From: a virus
Reading direction: 5' to 3' (one strand)
DNA length: 64,000 nt
Virus record (IMG/VR): IMGVR_UViG_3300032240_001244
Coordinates: 23,182 to 87,181 of that record
The position numbers and the translations under genes are program-made. How positions within the stretch are numbered: position 1 is the stretch's first letter; the number at the start of each line of letters is the position of its first letter. Positions 38,229 through 47,379 of this stretch are shown here, in pieces. A model generated the notes under the pieces. It was not told where the DNA came from. It saw only the letters and a program-made list of their open reading frames with translations, and made no database searches.

Positions 38229-38564
38229 CGCTGTTGTTCTTTGACATATAAGGAGAATCAAATTATGGATACATTATCATTCGCTTTAGGGATTGCGACT
38301 GTGGTGGTTATTGCTATTGCAATAGTTGCTGTTTATGCTTTCTTTAAGGTAAGAGAAGTAAAACAAGACAATAGTCTTTTTATTATGGATTTAGATAAAA
38401 GATTTGAAGATTTATATAACCTTCTAGGTAGAAATGAAGAAGCAATAAATCGGAAAATATATGAAGTAGAGCGAGATGTATACTCTGCATTAGACTCAAG
38501 ATTAGATAAACTAGAAAGTAAATTAACAATTAAAAAATAAAAAATAAGTTAAAGAACAACAGCG
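38229..38564. repeat. 17-bp inverted repeat (38229-38245 / 38548-38564) enclosing an ORF; left arm contains boxA-like TGTTCTTTGAC
   Basis: CGCTGTTGTTCTTTGAC pairs with GTTAAAGAACAACAGCG (16 Watson-Crick + 1 G.U). Confidence 0.85.
38265..38540 (+). CDS. membrane-anchored coiled-coil protein
   Basis: AGGAG at 38251-38255, ATG 38265, N-terminal TM helix, coiled-coil tail. Confidence 0.72.
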   Translation: MDTLSFALGIATVVVIAIAIVAVYAFFKVREVKQDNSLFIMDLDKRFEDLYNLLGRNEEAINRKIYEVERDVYSALDSRLDKLESKLTIKK

Positions 38565-38567
38565 CCC

Positions 38568-38641
38568 GGACTTATAGCTCAGTCGGTTAGAGCATCTGAC
38601 TCATAATCAGAGGGTCCCTGGTTCAAGCCCAGGTGAGTCCA
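38568..38641 (+). tRNA. tRNA with CAT anticodon, probably tRNA-Ile2 (lysidine), otherwise elongator Met
   Basis: GGACTTA/TGAGTCC-A acceptor, GCTC/GAGC D-stem, TCTGA-CTCATAA-TCAGA anticodon arm, CCTGG-TTCAAGC-CCAGG T-arm; CCA not encoded. Confidence 0.92.
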
Positions 38642-38671
38642 CTAAAATTTATTAAACATAAAATAAAAACT

Positions 38672-38878
38672 ATGAAAAAACCAATCACCATTCTATTTTT
38701 TTTATTATTGACATTAATTTCCAGTTGTTCAGTATATGTAAAGCCTGCTGTATGGAAACTAAGGCATGGAAATAGGACTACTTATGGATACTGGAGATGC
38801 CCATCTGTAAACCCTTATAGACATCAGTTTAAAATGGTGAGAAAGAAAGCTTTTAAAATAAGACTAATTAAACATTAA
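38672..38878 (+). CDS. small basic lipoprotein-like protein
   Basis: ATG 38672, lipobox LISSC. Confidence 0.55.
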   Translation: MKKPITILFFLLLTLISSCSVYVKPAVWKLRHGNRTTYGYWRCPSVNPYRHQFKMVRKKAFKIRLIKH

Positions 38879-38882
38879 TAGC

Positions 38883-39107
38883 ATGAAAGCAACACTAGAA
38901 TTCGATCTGCCAGATGATCAAATAGATTTTGATTTTGCAACTAAAGGGCAAAAGTATTACAGCACTCTTTGGGAAATGGATCAATGGTTGAGAAGTCAGA
39001 TAAAATATAACGAGAAGCTAACTGATGAACAACATGATACATACGAAGCGTGTAGAGATCAGCTTAGAGAAATAATGAATGATAATAGTGTATCCTTTGA
39101 TGATTAA
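38883..39107 (+). CDS. hypothetical phage protein
   Basis: MKATLEFDLPDD... Confidence 0.7.
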   Translation: MKATLEFDLPDDQIDFDFATKGQKYYSTLWEMDQWLRSQIKYNEKLTDEQHDTYEACRDQLREIMNDNSVSFDD

Positions 39108-39117
39108 TAAATAGTTT

Positions 39118-39744
39118 ATGGAAAACAGTAAGTTTTATGTAAAGACTCCTTTCAAAGAAAGGTTTATAGATTTTATGAAAGGTCTATTGTTTTGGAAAGG
39201 AAGGAAGAAAGGTATGATTCATACTAGAGATATTAAGTGGGATGACATCCGTGCTGTGTTCTTTCCTAAAAACTTCTACGAGAAATACAAATACTTAGGA
39301 TCTGTGCCATGGAAGGAAGAAGGGGATATCTTTAAAGCTATGGAGCCATTAGTTATATTCATGGACTACAAGGCAAAACCATGGTGGTGTCCGAGATGGT
39401 TCTTAAGATTCTTACATTTGTTTGGTTCTGATAATTCTATTGTAAGAGTTCGGAACAGGACTCTATCTACTCTGGGACATAGGATCACAGGAGGTTACCT
39501 GATATTTGATTTTAAAACAAAATGGCAGAGTTACGATCTTAGAATCAGTGTATACGGTACTAGTCAAATGCAGGACCTATCTGACGCAATAGAGCGTAAG
39601 TTCTACGATGATGGAGTTAGGGTAGATTTGTATGAACAAATACTAGAACTAGACCCGAATACAAAATTCAGTCCAGGACATCTACCATCAGATCTAAGAA
39701 TTGAACTTGATAGATTAGAAAATTTAATTGAAAAAAATAAATAA
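39118..39744 (+). CDS. hypothetical protein
   Basis: 208 aa ORF. Confidence 0.7.
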   Translation: MENSKFYVKTPFKERFIDFMKGLLFWKGRKKGMIHTRDIKWDDIRAVFFPKNFYEKYKYLGSVPWKEEGDIFKAMEPLVIFMDYKAKPWWCPRWFLRFLHLFGSDNSIVRVRNRTLSTLGHRITGGYLIFDFKTKWQSYDLRISVYGTSQMQDLSDAIERKFYDDGVRVDLYEQILELDPNTKFSPGHLPSDLRIELDRLENLIEKNK

Positions 39745-39747
39745 GTT

Positions 39748-39909
39748 ATGAAAACATTTGGATTATTTATGCTAATATGGTTAGCATCTGTTTTGGCATC
39801 ATTTAATATATGGAAGGGTACATCCGAAAACGAAATGCTTGAAATGATATTCGCAACGCAATTTGCTTATATTATGTATAGATTAGTTAAGGAAGAAAAT
39901 AAAGACTAA
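39748..39909 (+). CDS. small membrane protein
   Basis: Read by hand, 53 aa, two hydrophobic segments, fills the gap between ORFs. Confidence 0.55.
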   Translation: MKTFGLFMLIWLASVLASFNIWKGTSENEMLEMIFATQFAYIMYRLVKEENKD

Positions 39910-39912
39910 ATT

Positions 39913-40182
39913 ATGGAGAATAATCGTAGATCATTTTTTAAAGGACTGGCAGCATTCGCAGCAGGAGTAGTATCAGCTAAGGTAGCATCTTACACTCCAA
40001 AGAAAGAAGAACCGAAAGAGTTAATGATGGTATCTAGTACAATTACTATTAAACATGGAAATGAAGAATATCATCCACTTGTAGTAAAGAAAACAGACGC
40101 AGATGGATTGGTATATGAAGAACCGAAAAGTCCATTTAGCATAAATTCAGGAACACCTAAAATTAGAGAAGCAAACGTATGA
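39913..40182 (+). CDS. small protein with twin-arginine (Tat)-like N-terminus
   Basis: NRRSFFKGLAAFAAGVVSA. Confidence 0.6.
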   Translation: MENNRRSFFKGLAAFAAGVVSAKVASYTPKKEEPKELMMVSSTITIKHGNEEYHPLVVKKTDADGLVYEEPKSPFSINSGTPKIREANV

Positions 40183-40607
40183 GCCTAAAACCTATCCATA
40201 AGTTTAACGGAGGTATAGGGGCAACCTTATGCAATTCCTGTAGAGTTATCATATCAGAAGGTCATACAGATTTTCTATACTGCAAAGAGTGCGATCCTAT
40301 ATACTACAAAGCAAAGCAGGAAGAAGAGATAGAGATTGATTATAAAGATGAATCAAAGTATAGATTGTATAGATCGGATGGACTACAGAAGAGAGGAGAA
40401 AGTGCTATGTGGGTAGAATGGAATGAAAATGGTACATTTAAAGTCAGTCATAAAGAACCGGCTGTAGGCAGGAGTCTTATTATAGATGGGAATAAATTTA
40501 CTTATACATGGTTGACAACTCCTGTAAAAGAAATTTTGGAGCAGAAAGAAAATTTCATTAGCTTTACAACTAATAACAGCCAGTATAAACTATATACGTA
40601 TGAATAA
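40179..40607 (+). CDS. hypothetical protein with N-terminal zinc finger
   Basis: HKFNGG.GATLCNSC ... CKEC. Confidence 0.65.
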   Translation: MSLKPIHKFNGGIGATLCNSCRVIISEGHTDFLYCKECDPIYYKAKQEEEIEIDYKDESKYRLYRSDGLQKRGESAMWVEWNENGTFKVSHKEPAVGRSLIIDGNKFTYTWLTTPVKEILEQKENFISFTTNNSQYKLYTYE

Positions 40608-41715
40608 CTTGGACCGCCAATACAAAGAGCTACTACTTCAGATTATACATTTTGGAGTAGATAAAAAAGATAGAACAGGTACAGGAACCAAATCAATTTT
40701 CGGTTGGCAGATCAGACACAACATGAAAGAAGGGTTTCCATTATTAACTACAAAGAAGATGGCTTGGAAAACTATAGTGACCGAACTGCTGTGGTTTTTA
40801 AGAGGTGATACAAACATCAAATACCTTGTTGATAATGGTTGCCATATTTGGGATGGTGATGCTTATAAAAATTATTGTAAAAAGGTAATTCGTGATAAGG
40901 ATATTCTAAATTATTTAAAATCATATTCGCAGGACACAGACGGTGTTCCCACTATTGAACTTTATTCTAAAGAAGAGTTTATCAATAAGATAAAAACAGA
41001 CGAGAGATGGGCAAATAGTTGGGGTGATTTAGGACCAATCTATGGTAAGCAATGGAGAGAATGGGAAATATACAATAATGATGACGGGCCACCATGGCGA
41101 GATGTAGACCAAATTGCAAACTTAATATCGGAACTCAAAACAAATCCCGATAGCAGACGTTTAATGGTTAATGCTTGGAATGTGGCAAAGTTGGACCATA
41201 TGGTTTTACCACCTTGTCATTATGGATTTCAAGTTTATACGAGAGAGTTGAGTATAAAAGAACGAATTGAATTATGGGAGAAAATACCTACTAGAAATGT
41301 TATGGATTTTCCAATTGGAGAACTCACAGAAGAACAATATCATGAGGTATTAGATAAAATTGGAGTACAAAGAAGAGCAATCTCACTAATGTGGAATCAA
41401 CGTTCAGTAGATACATTCCTTGGTTTACCATTCAACATAGCATCTTATGGATTGCTACTTGAAATCATAGCCAAAGAAGTAAACATGATCCCAGAAGAAT
41501 TGATTGGTAATTTAGGTGATGTTCATTTATACAATAATCATTTAGAACAAGCAGCAGAACAATGTTCAAGACATCCTTATGAATTACCTAAATTAAAAAT
41601 TAATTTTGATGTTGTTCATAAAGATTGGGAATGTTTACCTCCTTATAATGTTTCTGATTTCACAATAGAAAACTATCAATCACACACAGCGATCAAAGCA
41701 CCGCTGTCAAATTAA
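40600..41715 (+). CDS. thyA: thymidylate synthase
   Basis: DRTGTGT, FPLLTTK, ELLWFL, LGPIYG.QWR, SRR, LPPCH, QRSVD..LGLPFN. Confidence 0.96.
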   Translation: MNNLDRQYKELLLQIIHFGVDKKDRTGTGTKSIFGWQIRHNMKEGFPLLTTKKMAWKTIVTELLWFLRGDTNIKYLVDNGCHIWDGDAYKNYCKKVIRDKDILNYLKSYSQDTDGVPTIELYSKEEFINKIKTDERWANSWGDLGPIYGKQWREWEIYNNDDGPPWRDVDQIANLISELKTNPDSRRLMVNAWNVAKLDHMVLPPCHYGFQVYTRELSIKERIELWEKIPTRNVMDFPIGELTEEQYHEVLDKIGVQRRAISLMWNQRSVDTFLGLPFNIASYGLLLEIIAKEVNMIPEELIGNLGDVHLYNNHLEQAAEQCSRHPYELPKLKINFDVVHKDWECLPPYNVSDFTIENYQSHTAIKAPLSN

Positions 41716-41720
41716 AATAA

Positions 41721-42872
41721 ATGAGGTATAAAATAAGACCGTCGGGAGTAGGGACAAGGGTTATAGAAGAGGGAACAAGATATTATGATACTGAATATCC
41801 ACATGAGTTTCCTATAGGTAATTATTTTGTAGATAAGTTTAAGTGTCTCCCATCTTTCTTTGATAGCGGAAAGAATAAATATAAGATGGATGTGCATAAG
41901 TGTTTCCTCCTAAACAAAGACTTTGATCTAATATGGACATATACCAAACCAACAAAAGACGGTATAGATACCATAGTGCAAGTATTTGAAGGGGAAAACA
42001 TGTTAGTAGTAATTAAGTACAAAGGAACTCCTAAAAACTTATTAGGGAGCTTAAATCATTTTGAGAGCCCAGAAGAAGAGGAGTCATCACCAGACTATGC
42101 AATGGTATCAATATATCATAGCAATACAGATTTACTGAACAGTATAAATAAAAAGATAAGTAAATATGTACAAGACTCAAAAGTAAAATCTAAGATATCT
42201 TTATTGACAAGCACTCGTGCTGGATTAAGTACAGTGGAACAAAACATAAAGCAAACCGATATAGACATACCTCTAAACTACGGTGAAGGTTTTGTAAAGG
42301 TACACGAGAAGATTATAGAAAAACTGAATGAAGACAGAGGTAAGGGGTTAGTACTTCTTCATGGAGTACCTGGAACGGGGAAGACCAATTACATTAGACA
42401 CCTATGCGGAAAACTTAAAAAAGAAGTTATATTTTTGCCTCCATTCATGGCAGACAATATAGCTAGCCCGGACTTCATAACATTTCTTCTGGATCATACT
42501 AACTCTATATTGGTAATAGAAGATGCAGAGAAAGTAGTATTAGATAGGGAAGGAGATGGTAGTAGTAGACAAGGGGTATCTAACCTATTGAATATTACAG
42601 ATGGATTACTTAGCGACTGCCTATCTATACAGATACTAGCCACGTTTAATACCAGCAGAGATAGAATAGATAAAGCATTATTGAGAAAAGGAAGATTGAT
42701 TGCAGAATGGAAGTTTGATGCACTTAATGTAGAAGACACTAACAAACTATTGAAGAGCATAGGAAGGGGGGATGTATCAAACAAGCCTATGACACTGACA
42801 GAGATCTATAACATTGATGAAGAGGTTAACGTAGTGCAGGAAGAGAGAAGGGCTATAGGTTTTGGAAGATAG
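41721..42872 (+). CDS. AAA+ ATPase
   Basis: HGVPGTGKT, LVIEDAE, LLNITDG, DKALLRKGR. Confidence 0.88.
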   Translation: MRYKIRPSGVGTRVIEEGTRYYDTEYPHEFPIGNYFVDKFKCLPSFFDSGKNKYKMDVHKCFLLNKDFDLIWTYTKPTKDGIDTIVQVFEGENMLVVIKYKGTPKNLLGSLNHFESPEEEESSPDYAMVSIYHSNTDLLNSINKKISKYVQDSKVKSKISLLTSTRAGLSTVEQNIKQTDIDIPLNYGEGFVKVHEKIIEKLNEDRGKGLVLLHGVPGTGKTNYIRHLCGKLKKEVIFLPPFMADNIASPDFITFLLDHTNSILVIEDAEKVVLDREGDGSSRQGVSNLLNITDGLLSDCLSIQILATFNTSRDRIDKALLRKGRLIAEWKFDALNVEDTNKLLKSIGRGDVSNKPMTLTEIYNIDEEVNVVQEERRAIGFGR

Positions 42873-42900
42873 TATTTAATAACAATCAAAATAGACAGTT

Positions 42901-43110
42901 ATGGCAAACACAAAGAGTCAACAACAGAAGCTGTTCAATTACCTTCGCAGGACAGGTAAAATTACAGCTAAACAAGCAGAGAAGATGTTCGGTACAAAAA
43001 ACCTTCGTGCTAGGATCACTAACTTGCGTGAGCAAGGATGGGAAATTGAATCAGTCCGCAATCCTAAGAATCCTCGTACTGTTACCTATATGGTAAGGGC
43101 TACTGCTTAA
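42901..43110 (+). CDS. small winged helix-turn-helix protein
   Basis: ITAKQAEKMFG..NLRARITNLREQGWEI. Confidence 0.7.
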   Translation: MANTKSQQQKLFNYLRRTGKITAKQAEKMFGTKNLRARITNLREQGWEIESVRNPKNPRTVTYMVRATA

Positions 43111-43114
43111 TTTA

Positions 43115-43146
43115 AAAAGCCGGAGGGAGAAATCTCTCCGGTTTTA
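43115..43146 (+). terminator. intrinsic terminator
   Basis: GCCGGAGGGA-GAAA-TCTCTCCGGT followed by TTT. Confidence 0.65.
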
Positions 43147-43161
43147 ATTAAAAAAATCAAC

Positions 43162-43884
43162 ATGGCAATAATTGGAATTTTTGGTTATGCAGGATCCGGA
43201 AAAGATACTGTAGGTAAAATAATACAACATAAATTATCTCATACAGAAGTAAATATTAAGGATATACTTGAAGAACCTCTTATGCATGGATGGTGGTTAG
43301 AGGAAAAATCTGGTTGGGAAATAAAGAAGTGGGCTGGTAAGTTAAAGACTGTTGCATCTCTGATAACTGGTATAGACGTAGAAAAGTTTGAAGATCAAGA
43401 GTTTAAGAAGACTGAACTGGGTCCGGAGTGGAACACCATTAAGAAGTATGAAAGCGACGCACCTTGGATAAGCGAAGGTGGTGAAGCATATGAAGAGCGT
43501 ATGACTGTTCGTGACCTATTACAGAAATTAGGGACTGAAGCTATGAGGGAAGGGCTTCATACAAACGTATGGGTGAATGCTTTGATGGCTGATTATAAAC
43601 CAGGACCATTTTATCCTGAAGTATCTACAGAAGATCATGCTAAACTACCTAATTGGATCATTACAGACACACGTTTCCCCAATGAAGCCCAGGCTATCAA
43701 AGATAAGGGAGGGGTAGTCATAAAGGTAGACCGACCAGGAGTTAGTGCAATAAATACACACACTTCAGAGACTGCTCTTGATGATTGGAACTTTGACTAT
43801 ATTATACATAACAATGGGGATATTAACCAGTTAGAGGAGATAGTTAAGGAGTTTATCAACAGTCCTATTTTTGCTAAACTTTAA
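43162..43884 (+). CDS. deoxynucleoside monophosphate kinase
   Basis: GYAGSGKDT, RDLLQKLGTE, TDTRFPNE, HTSE. Confidence 0.88.
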   Translation: MAIIGIFGYAGSGKDTVGKIIQHKLSHTEVNIKDILEEPLMHGWWLEEKSGWEIKKWAGKLKTVASLITGIDVEKFEDQEFKKTELGPEWNTIKKYESDAPWISEGGEAYEERMTVRDLLQKLGTEAMREGLHTNVWVNALMADYKPGPFYPEVSTEDHAKLPNWIITDTRFPNEAQAIKDKGGVVIKVDRPGVSAINTHTSETALDDWNFDYIIHNNGDINQLEEIVKEFINSPIFAKL

Positions 43885-43898
43885 TATATTTATTACAT

Positions 43899-44099
43899 AT
43901 GGCATTACCAAAGAACATAACATTATTTGGCTTTGAGATATTCAAAGAAATGGAAATAGAGCTTGAAAATGTGAAGAATATATTTCCTTACTCTAACAAT
44001 AACGACTCCTATAATGCTGTAGTAAATCTTTGTATAGAGAAAATAAAAGAGTTATCAGAAAAAAAAAGAAAAGAAATAGAAGATAAGAATTGGGATTAA
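43899..44099 (+). CDS. hypothetical protein
   Basis: 66 aa ORF preceded by ATATTTAT motif. Confidence 0.55.
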   Translation: MALPKNITLFGFEIFKEMEIELENVKNIFPYSNNNDSYNAVVNLCIEKIKELSEKKRKEIEDKNWD

Positions 44100-44120
44100 C
44101 CCGCTTACTAAAATCCATTT

Positions 44121-45308
44121 ATGTCAAATAAACCAGTTACAAAAAAAGCAAAGGCTAAAAAGCCTGTTCCGTCAAAGACAGTTAAGAGCCTAGCAGAGAA
44201 AAAAAGAATACAGAAAGAAGCTGGGAGAAAGGCCGCTGAAACCAAAAGAAGAAACAAAGAACTCCTAGAAGGAGCAAAGTTCAGCACAGAAGAGCCATTT
44301 AAGATCACTGATCAGATCGTACTAAGGAGAGAGAATGCGGAAATAAAATCCTTAAAGAAACAATTAGAAGAAGCCGTAAAGGATTATGAACAACTGTCAG
44401 ATCTTTACGACATTGCCCTAGCTCTAAAAACTCAGGATATATCTAAGATAAAGTCTCCTGAGGTAAAGCCAAACAATTCTATAAAGAATGAGGCTACTGC
44501 CATAGTACAATTATCTGACACACACTTTGGTAAAATTATTCTACCTGCAACAGTAAACGGGTTAAACGAGCATAACCCAGATATCGCTAAGAAGCGTATG
44601 GATAAGTTGGCTGAGAATTTACTATCCCTAGTAAACAAGGAGAGGGCTGAAGTAAAGATCGAAAACCTGGTACTTGGATTGGGTGGAGATTTCATGGAGA
44701 ACTCCATGTTGCATGACCATAGCCAGATGGCTACAGCGTTCTCACAGATGGAAGAACTGCTATTCAGCAGGGAACTTTTGCATAAGTTCATAAAGACTAT
44801 TGCTGAGAATGGTAAGTTTAAAAAGATTATACTTCCTTGTGTTAGGGGTAATCACAGTAGGACTACTAAGAAGATGAACTCTACTATAGATTACAGAACT
44901 AACTTTGAAGCACTGTTGTACAATCTATTGAAGCAGGACTTTAATGACAGTATGTTTGAATGGTATGCACCAGACAGTGACATCTGTGAGTTTCAAGTGT
45001 TTAACAAAAGGATACGCAGCTTACATGGATGGCAAGTAAAGAGTGGAGGAGGTATAGGAGGATTGACGATTCCATTGAACAAGTACATTCTAAGGATGGA
45101 CCAAATCAGCAAGTGTGATTATAATCTAATGCACCATTACCATAGTCTATCATATCCTACAGCTAACTGTACATTAAATGGAAGCTTATGTGGCTATGAT
45201 ACATTTGCAATGCAAATAGGAGCAAGCTTCCAGAAACCAATGCAATCATTTCAATTATTAGATAAGAATAGAGGGTTTACAATTAAGGCACCAATTTTCT
45301 GCGATTAA
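44121..45308 (+). CDS. calcineurin-like phosphoesterase with basic and coiled-coil N-terminus
   Basis: SDTHFG, GGD, GNH, LHG, HHYH. Confidence 0.8.
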   Translation: MSNKPVTKKAKAKKPVPSKTVKSLAEKKRIQKEAGRKAAETKRRNKELLEGAKFSTEEPFKITDQIVLRRENAEIKSLKKQLEEAVKDYEQLSDLYDIALALKTQDISKIKSPEVKPNNSIKNEATAIVQLSDTHFGKIILPATVNGLNEHNPDIAKKRMDKLAENLLSLVNKERAEVKIENLVLGLGGDFMENSMLHDHSQMATAFSQMEELLFSRELLHKFIKTIAENGKFKKIILPCVRGNHSRTTKKMNSTIDYRTNFEALLYNLLKQDFNDSMFEWYAPDSDICEFQVFNKRIRSLHGWQVKSGGGIGGLTIPLNKYILRMDQISKCDYNLMHHYHSLSYPTANCTLNGSLCGYDTFAMQIGASFQKPMQSFQLLDKNRGFTIKAPIFCD

Positions 45309-45318
45309 AATAAAGTAT

Positions 45319-45585
45319 ATGACAATGTTAGAAGCTTTGATAGAAGCACACCCAGACACAGAATTTCTTATAGCAGACGGATTTGATGAAGCTATCATAG
45401 GGTACCACCCAGGATCTGAAAGGCTTATTTACTCCACAGCAAAGGCTATACAAATATTAATCAGTGAAGGTATGGATGAAGAGGATGCCTTAGAACATTT
45501 CTACTATAATGTAGAAGGATCTTATGTAGGAGATAAAACTCCTATATGGTCTGATGACTTAAACTTATCAGTATGGTTGGAATAA
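45319..45585 (+). CDS. hypothetical phage protein
   Basis: ADGFDEAIIG ... YNVEGSYVGDKTP. Confidence 0.72.
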   Translation: MTMLEALIEAHPDTEFLIADGFDEAIIGYHPGSERLIYSTAKAIQILISEGMDEEDALEHFYYNVEGSYVGDKTPIWSDDLNLSVWLE

Positions 45586-45707
45586 TAATACTTGCAATAT
45601 CTATGCTATGTAGCCTAGTGTGGCTATGGGCTGGGGGTATAGATTATATGAAAGAGAATCATCCGGATTACAAAGGAGAAGATTTATTTGGGGAGGGGGA
45701 TGAATAG
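45573..45707 (+). CDS. small membrane protein
   Basis: Read by hand: MVGIIILAISMLCSLVWLWAGGIDYMKENHPDYKGEDLFGEGDE*. Confidence 0.6.
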   Translation: MVGIIILAISMLCSLVWLWAGGIDYMKENHPDYKGEDLFGEGDE

Positions 45708-45838
45708 TCCCTCTTTTCCTTTTGTACTTTTTGACAAACAAATCAAAAAATCGTCATTACAAATGCGGATATGTTTTTACAGCAACTTTGATTTTTTGGG
45801 AAACACAGAGGACTTTTACAACTAATAAATTAAAATAC

Positions 45839-46204
45839 ATGTTTAAGAAATTTAACGATTACATTGCAGATAGACTATCTTATATACTATCTATGATGAT
45901 TACTTTCTATGTCATAGTATTATTAGTATCTATACCCTTATTTTATTCACAGCCATCATCAATAGTAGCATGGGCTTCTTATCTATGTTCTGTGGTATTT
46001 CAGGGCATAGCCTTACCGGTATTAGGATACACTGCCAGAAAAACTAGCGATAAAAGTGAAGATCTCATGGCTCAGATGTATTTAATGACAAAGAAGATAG
46101 AACGTATGGTTAGTATTATAGAGTCTCAACAAGAACATTTAAGTCAAGACATAGATGCTATACTAGACATAGAAGAGAGGGAAAACAATGCCAATAAACA
46201 ATAA
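45839..46204 (+). CDS. membrane protein
   Basis: Two TM helices plus coiled-coil; ATG 45839. Confidence 0.65.
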   Translation: MFKKFNDYIADRLSYILSMMITFYVIVLLVSIPLFYSQPSSIVAWASYLCSVVFQGIALPVLGYTARKTSDKSEDLMAQMYLMTKKIERMVSIIESQQEHLSQDIDAILDIEERENNANKQ

Positions 46205-46595
46205 GAGATATCAAATAGGAAACTATATACAGGATTGGCAAAAGAAGATCGCCATGGTCAAAGAAATAGACCAGAGAGGTATCCTTGCCCAATATGCAGA
46301 AGAGGCTACCTATAAACTAGAGTGGCATGATATCACTCCGTTAAATATTAAGGTAGACCTCCTCCACGAAATGGGATTTGAAACAATAAAACAAAAAGAA
46401 AATCCCTATCATAGGGATCTCTCTTTAGCTACTAGAGTAAACGGAAAATTCTACAACATCAGAGGCATAGTGTACGATGATAAAGCTATCTGGGTTTTTC
46501 AAGGAATAACTGTGTTGTATGTGCATCAAGTGCAGAATATATTATCTATTATAGAACCTACCATAGATCTTGATATTCATCTAATGAACCTATGA
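46188..46595 (+). CDS. hypothetical protein
   Basis: IGNY ... YVHQVQN. Confidence 0.65.
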   Translation: MPINNKRYQIGNYIQDWQKKIAMVKEIDQRGILAQYAEEATYKLEWHDITPLNIKVDLLHEMGFETIKQKENPYHRDLSLATRVNGKFYNIRGIVYDDKAIWVFQGITVLYVHQVQNILSIIEPTIDLDIHLMNL

Positions 46596-46725
46596 TATTA
46601 TTCCTCCACCATTTTCTGAACTTGGAAGATGGTTTAGTCTTAGGTATAATGTACTCTTCTATTAAAGCCAATAACGTAAATAAACTAAATACTGTAGCAA
46701 TAAAGATAAATAAAATAAAAAGCAT
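46558..46725 (-). CDS. small membrane protein at the strand switch
   Basis: Read by hand: MLFILFIFIATVFSLFTLLALIEEYIIPKTKPSSKFRKWWRNNIIG..., 55 aa. Confidence 0.55.
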   Translation of the reverse strand: MLFILFIFIATVFSLFTLLALIEEYIIPKTKPSSKFRKWWRNNIIGSLDEYQDLW

Positions 46726-46735
46726 ATTGTTTTTT

Positions 46736-47377
46736 TTAAATGTTATGCCAATAATCTATATCAAATAAATTTGACGTGTATTCTGTAGGATCGTCTTCTC
46801 CTATTATCTTAAACTTATTGTTTGATATTATACCTATCCTTGATAAAAAAGGTATGATCTTTTCGTAGTAAATTCTATGTGCAAAGTTTCCATGATTCTT
46901 ACTTATGATCCAAGCCCATTCATTTATAGGATGGTTTCCATCTTTTATAATAGCCATGCAAGTAATACATTTTATCTCATATAAAGAACTAGGAACATGT
47001 AGTTTAGTTCTAGGAGTGAACATAGTAGCTAGTACACTAAAGCAGTATGTAAACATAGACTTGTTTGAAAACACTCCCCTGGGAACTTTTCTGTTATGCC
47101 CAAACCTTTTAGTATCAAGATCAAAAAAAGTATTATATGGCCAAACATAATTAACTCCACTATCCACAAGGTAGACATGAATCCTAATTAGTATATCTGT
47201 ACCAAACTTTCTATCCTTAACAACTTCAATCCTGTATCTACCAAAGTAACCATTGTCATCTAACAGTTTACTTACAGATACTACATTAGGTTTGTAAGGT
47301 CTTCCAAACAATAACTCATTTAACGATACTGAATACTTGTCACTTTTAAACTCATCATCTATCAGTATATTACTCAT
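46736..47377 (-). CDS. hypothetical protein
   Basis: 213 aa ORF. Confidence 0.65.
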   Translation of the reverse strand: MSNILIDDEFKSDKYSVSLNELLFGRPYKPNVVSVSKLLDDNGYFGRYRIEVVKDRKFGTDILIRIHVYLVDSGVNYVWPYNTFFDLDTKRFGHNRKVPRGVFSNKSMFTYCFSVLATMFTPRTKLHVPSSLYEIKCITCMAIIKDGNHPINEWAWIISKNHGNFAHRIYYEKIIPFLSRIGIISNNKFKIIGEDDPTEYTSNLFDIDYWHNI

Positions 47378-47379
47378 AG

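Noticed and set aside
38241-38264. TTG start given by the ORF track for the 38540-ending gene
   Set aside because: ATG 38265 has an AGGAG at suitable spacing, and the TTG lies inside the inverted-repeat arm
40840-41380. Intron or intein in thyA, nrdJ, polA or helicase
   Set aside because: Frames are continuous; thyA insertions are short in-frame loops without intein (C...HN) or intron signatures
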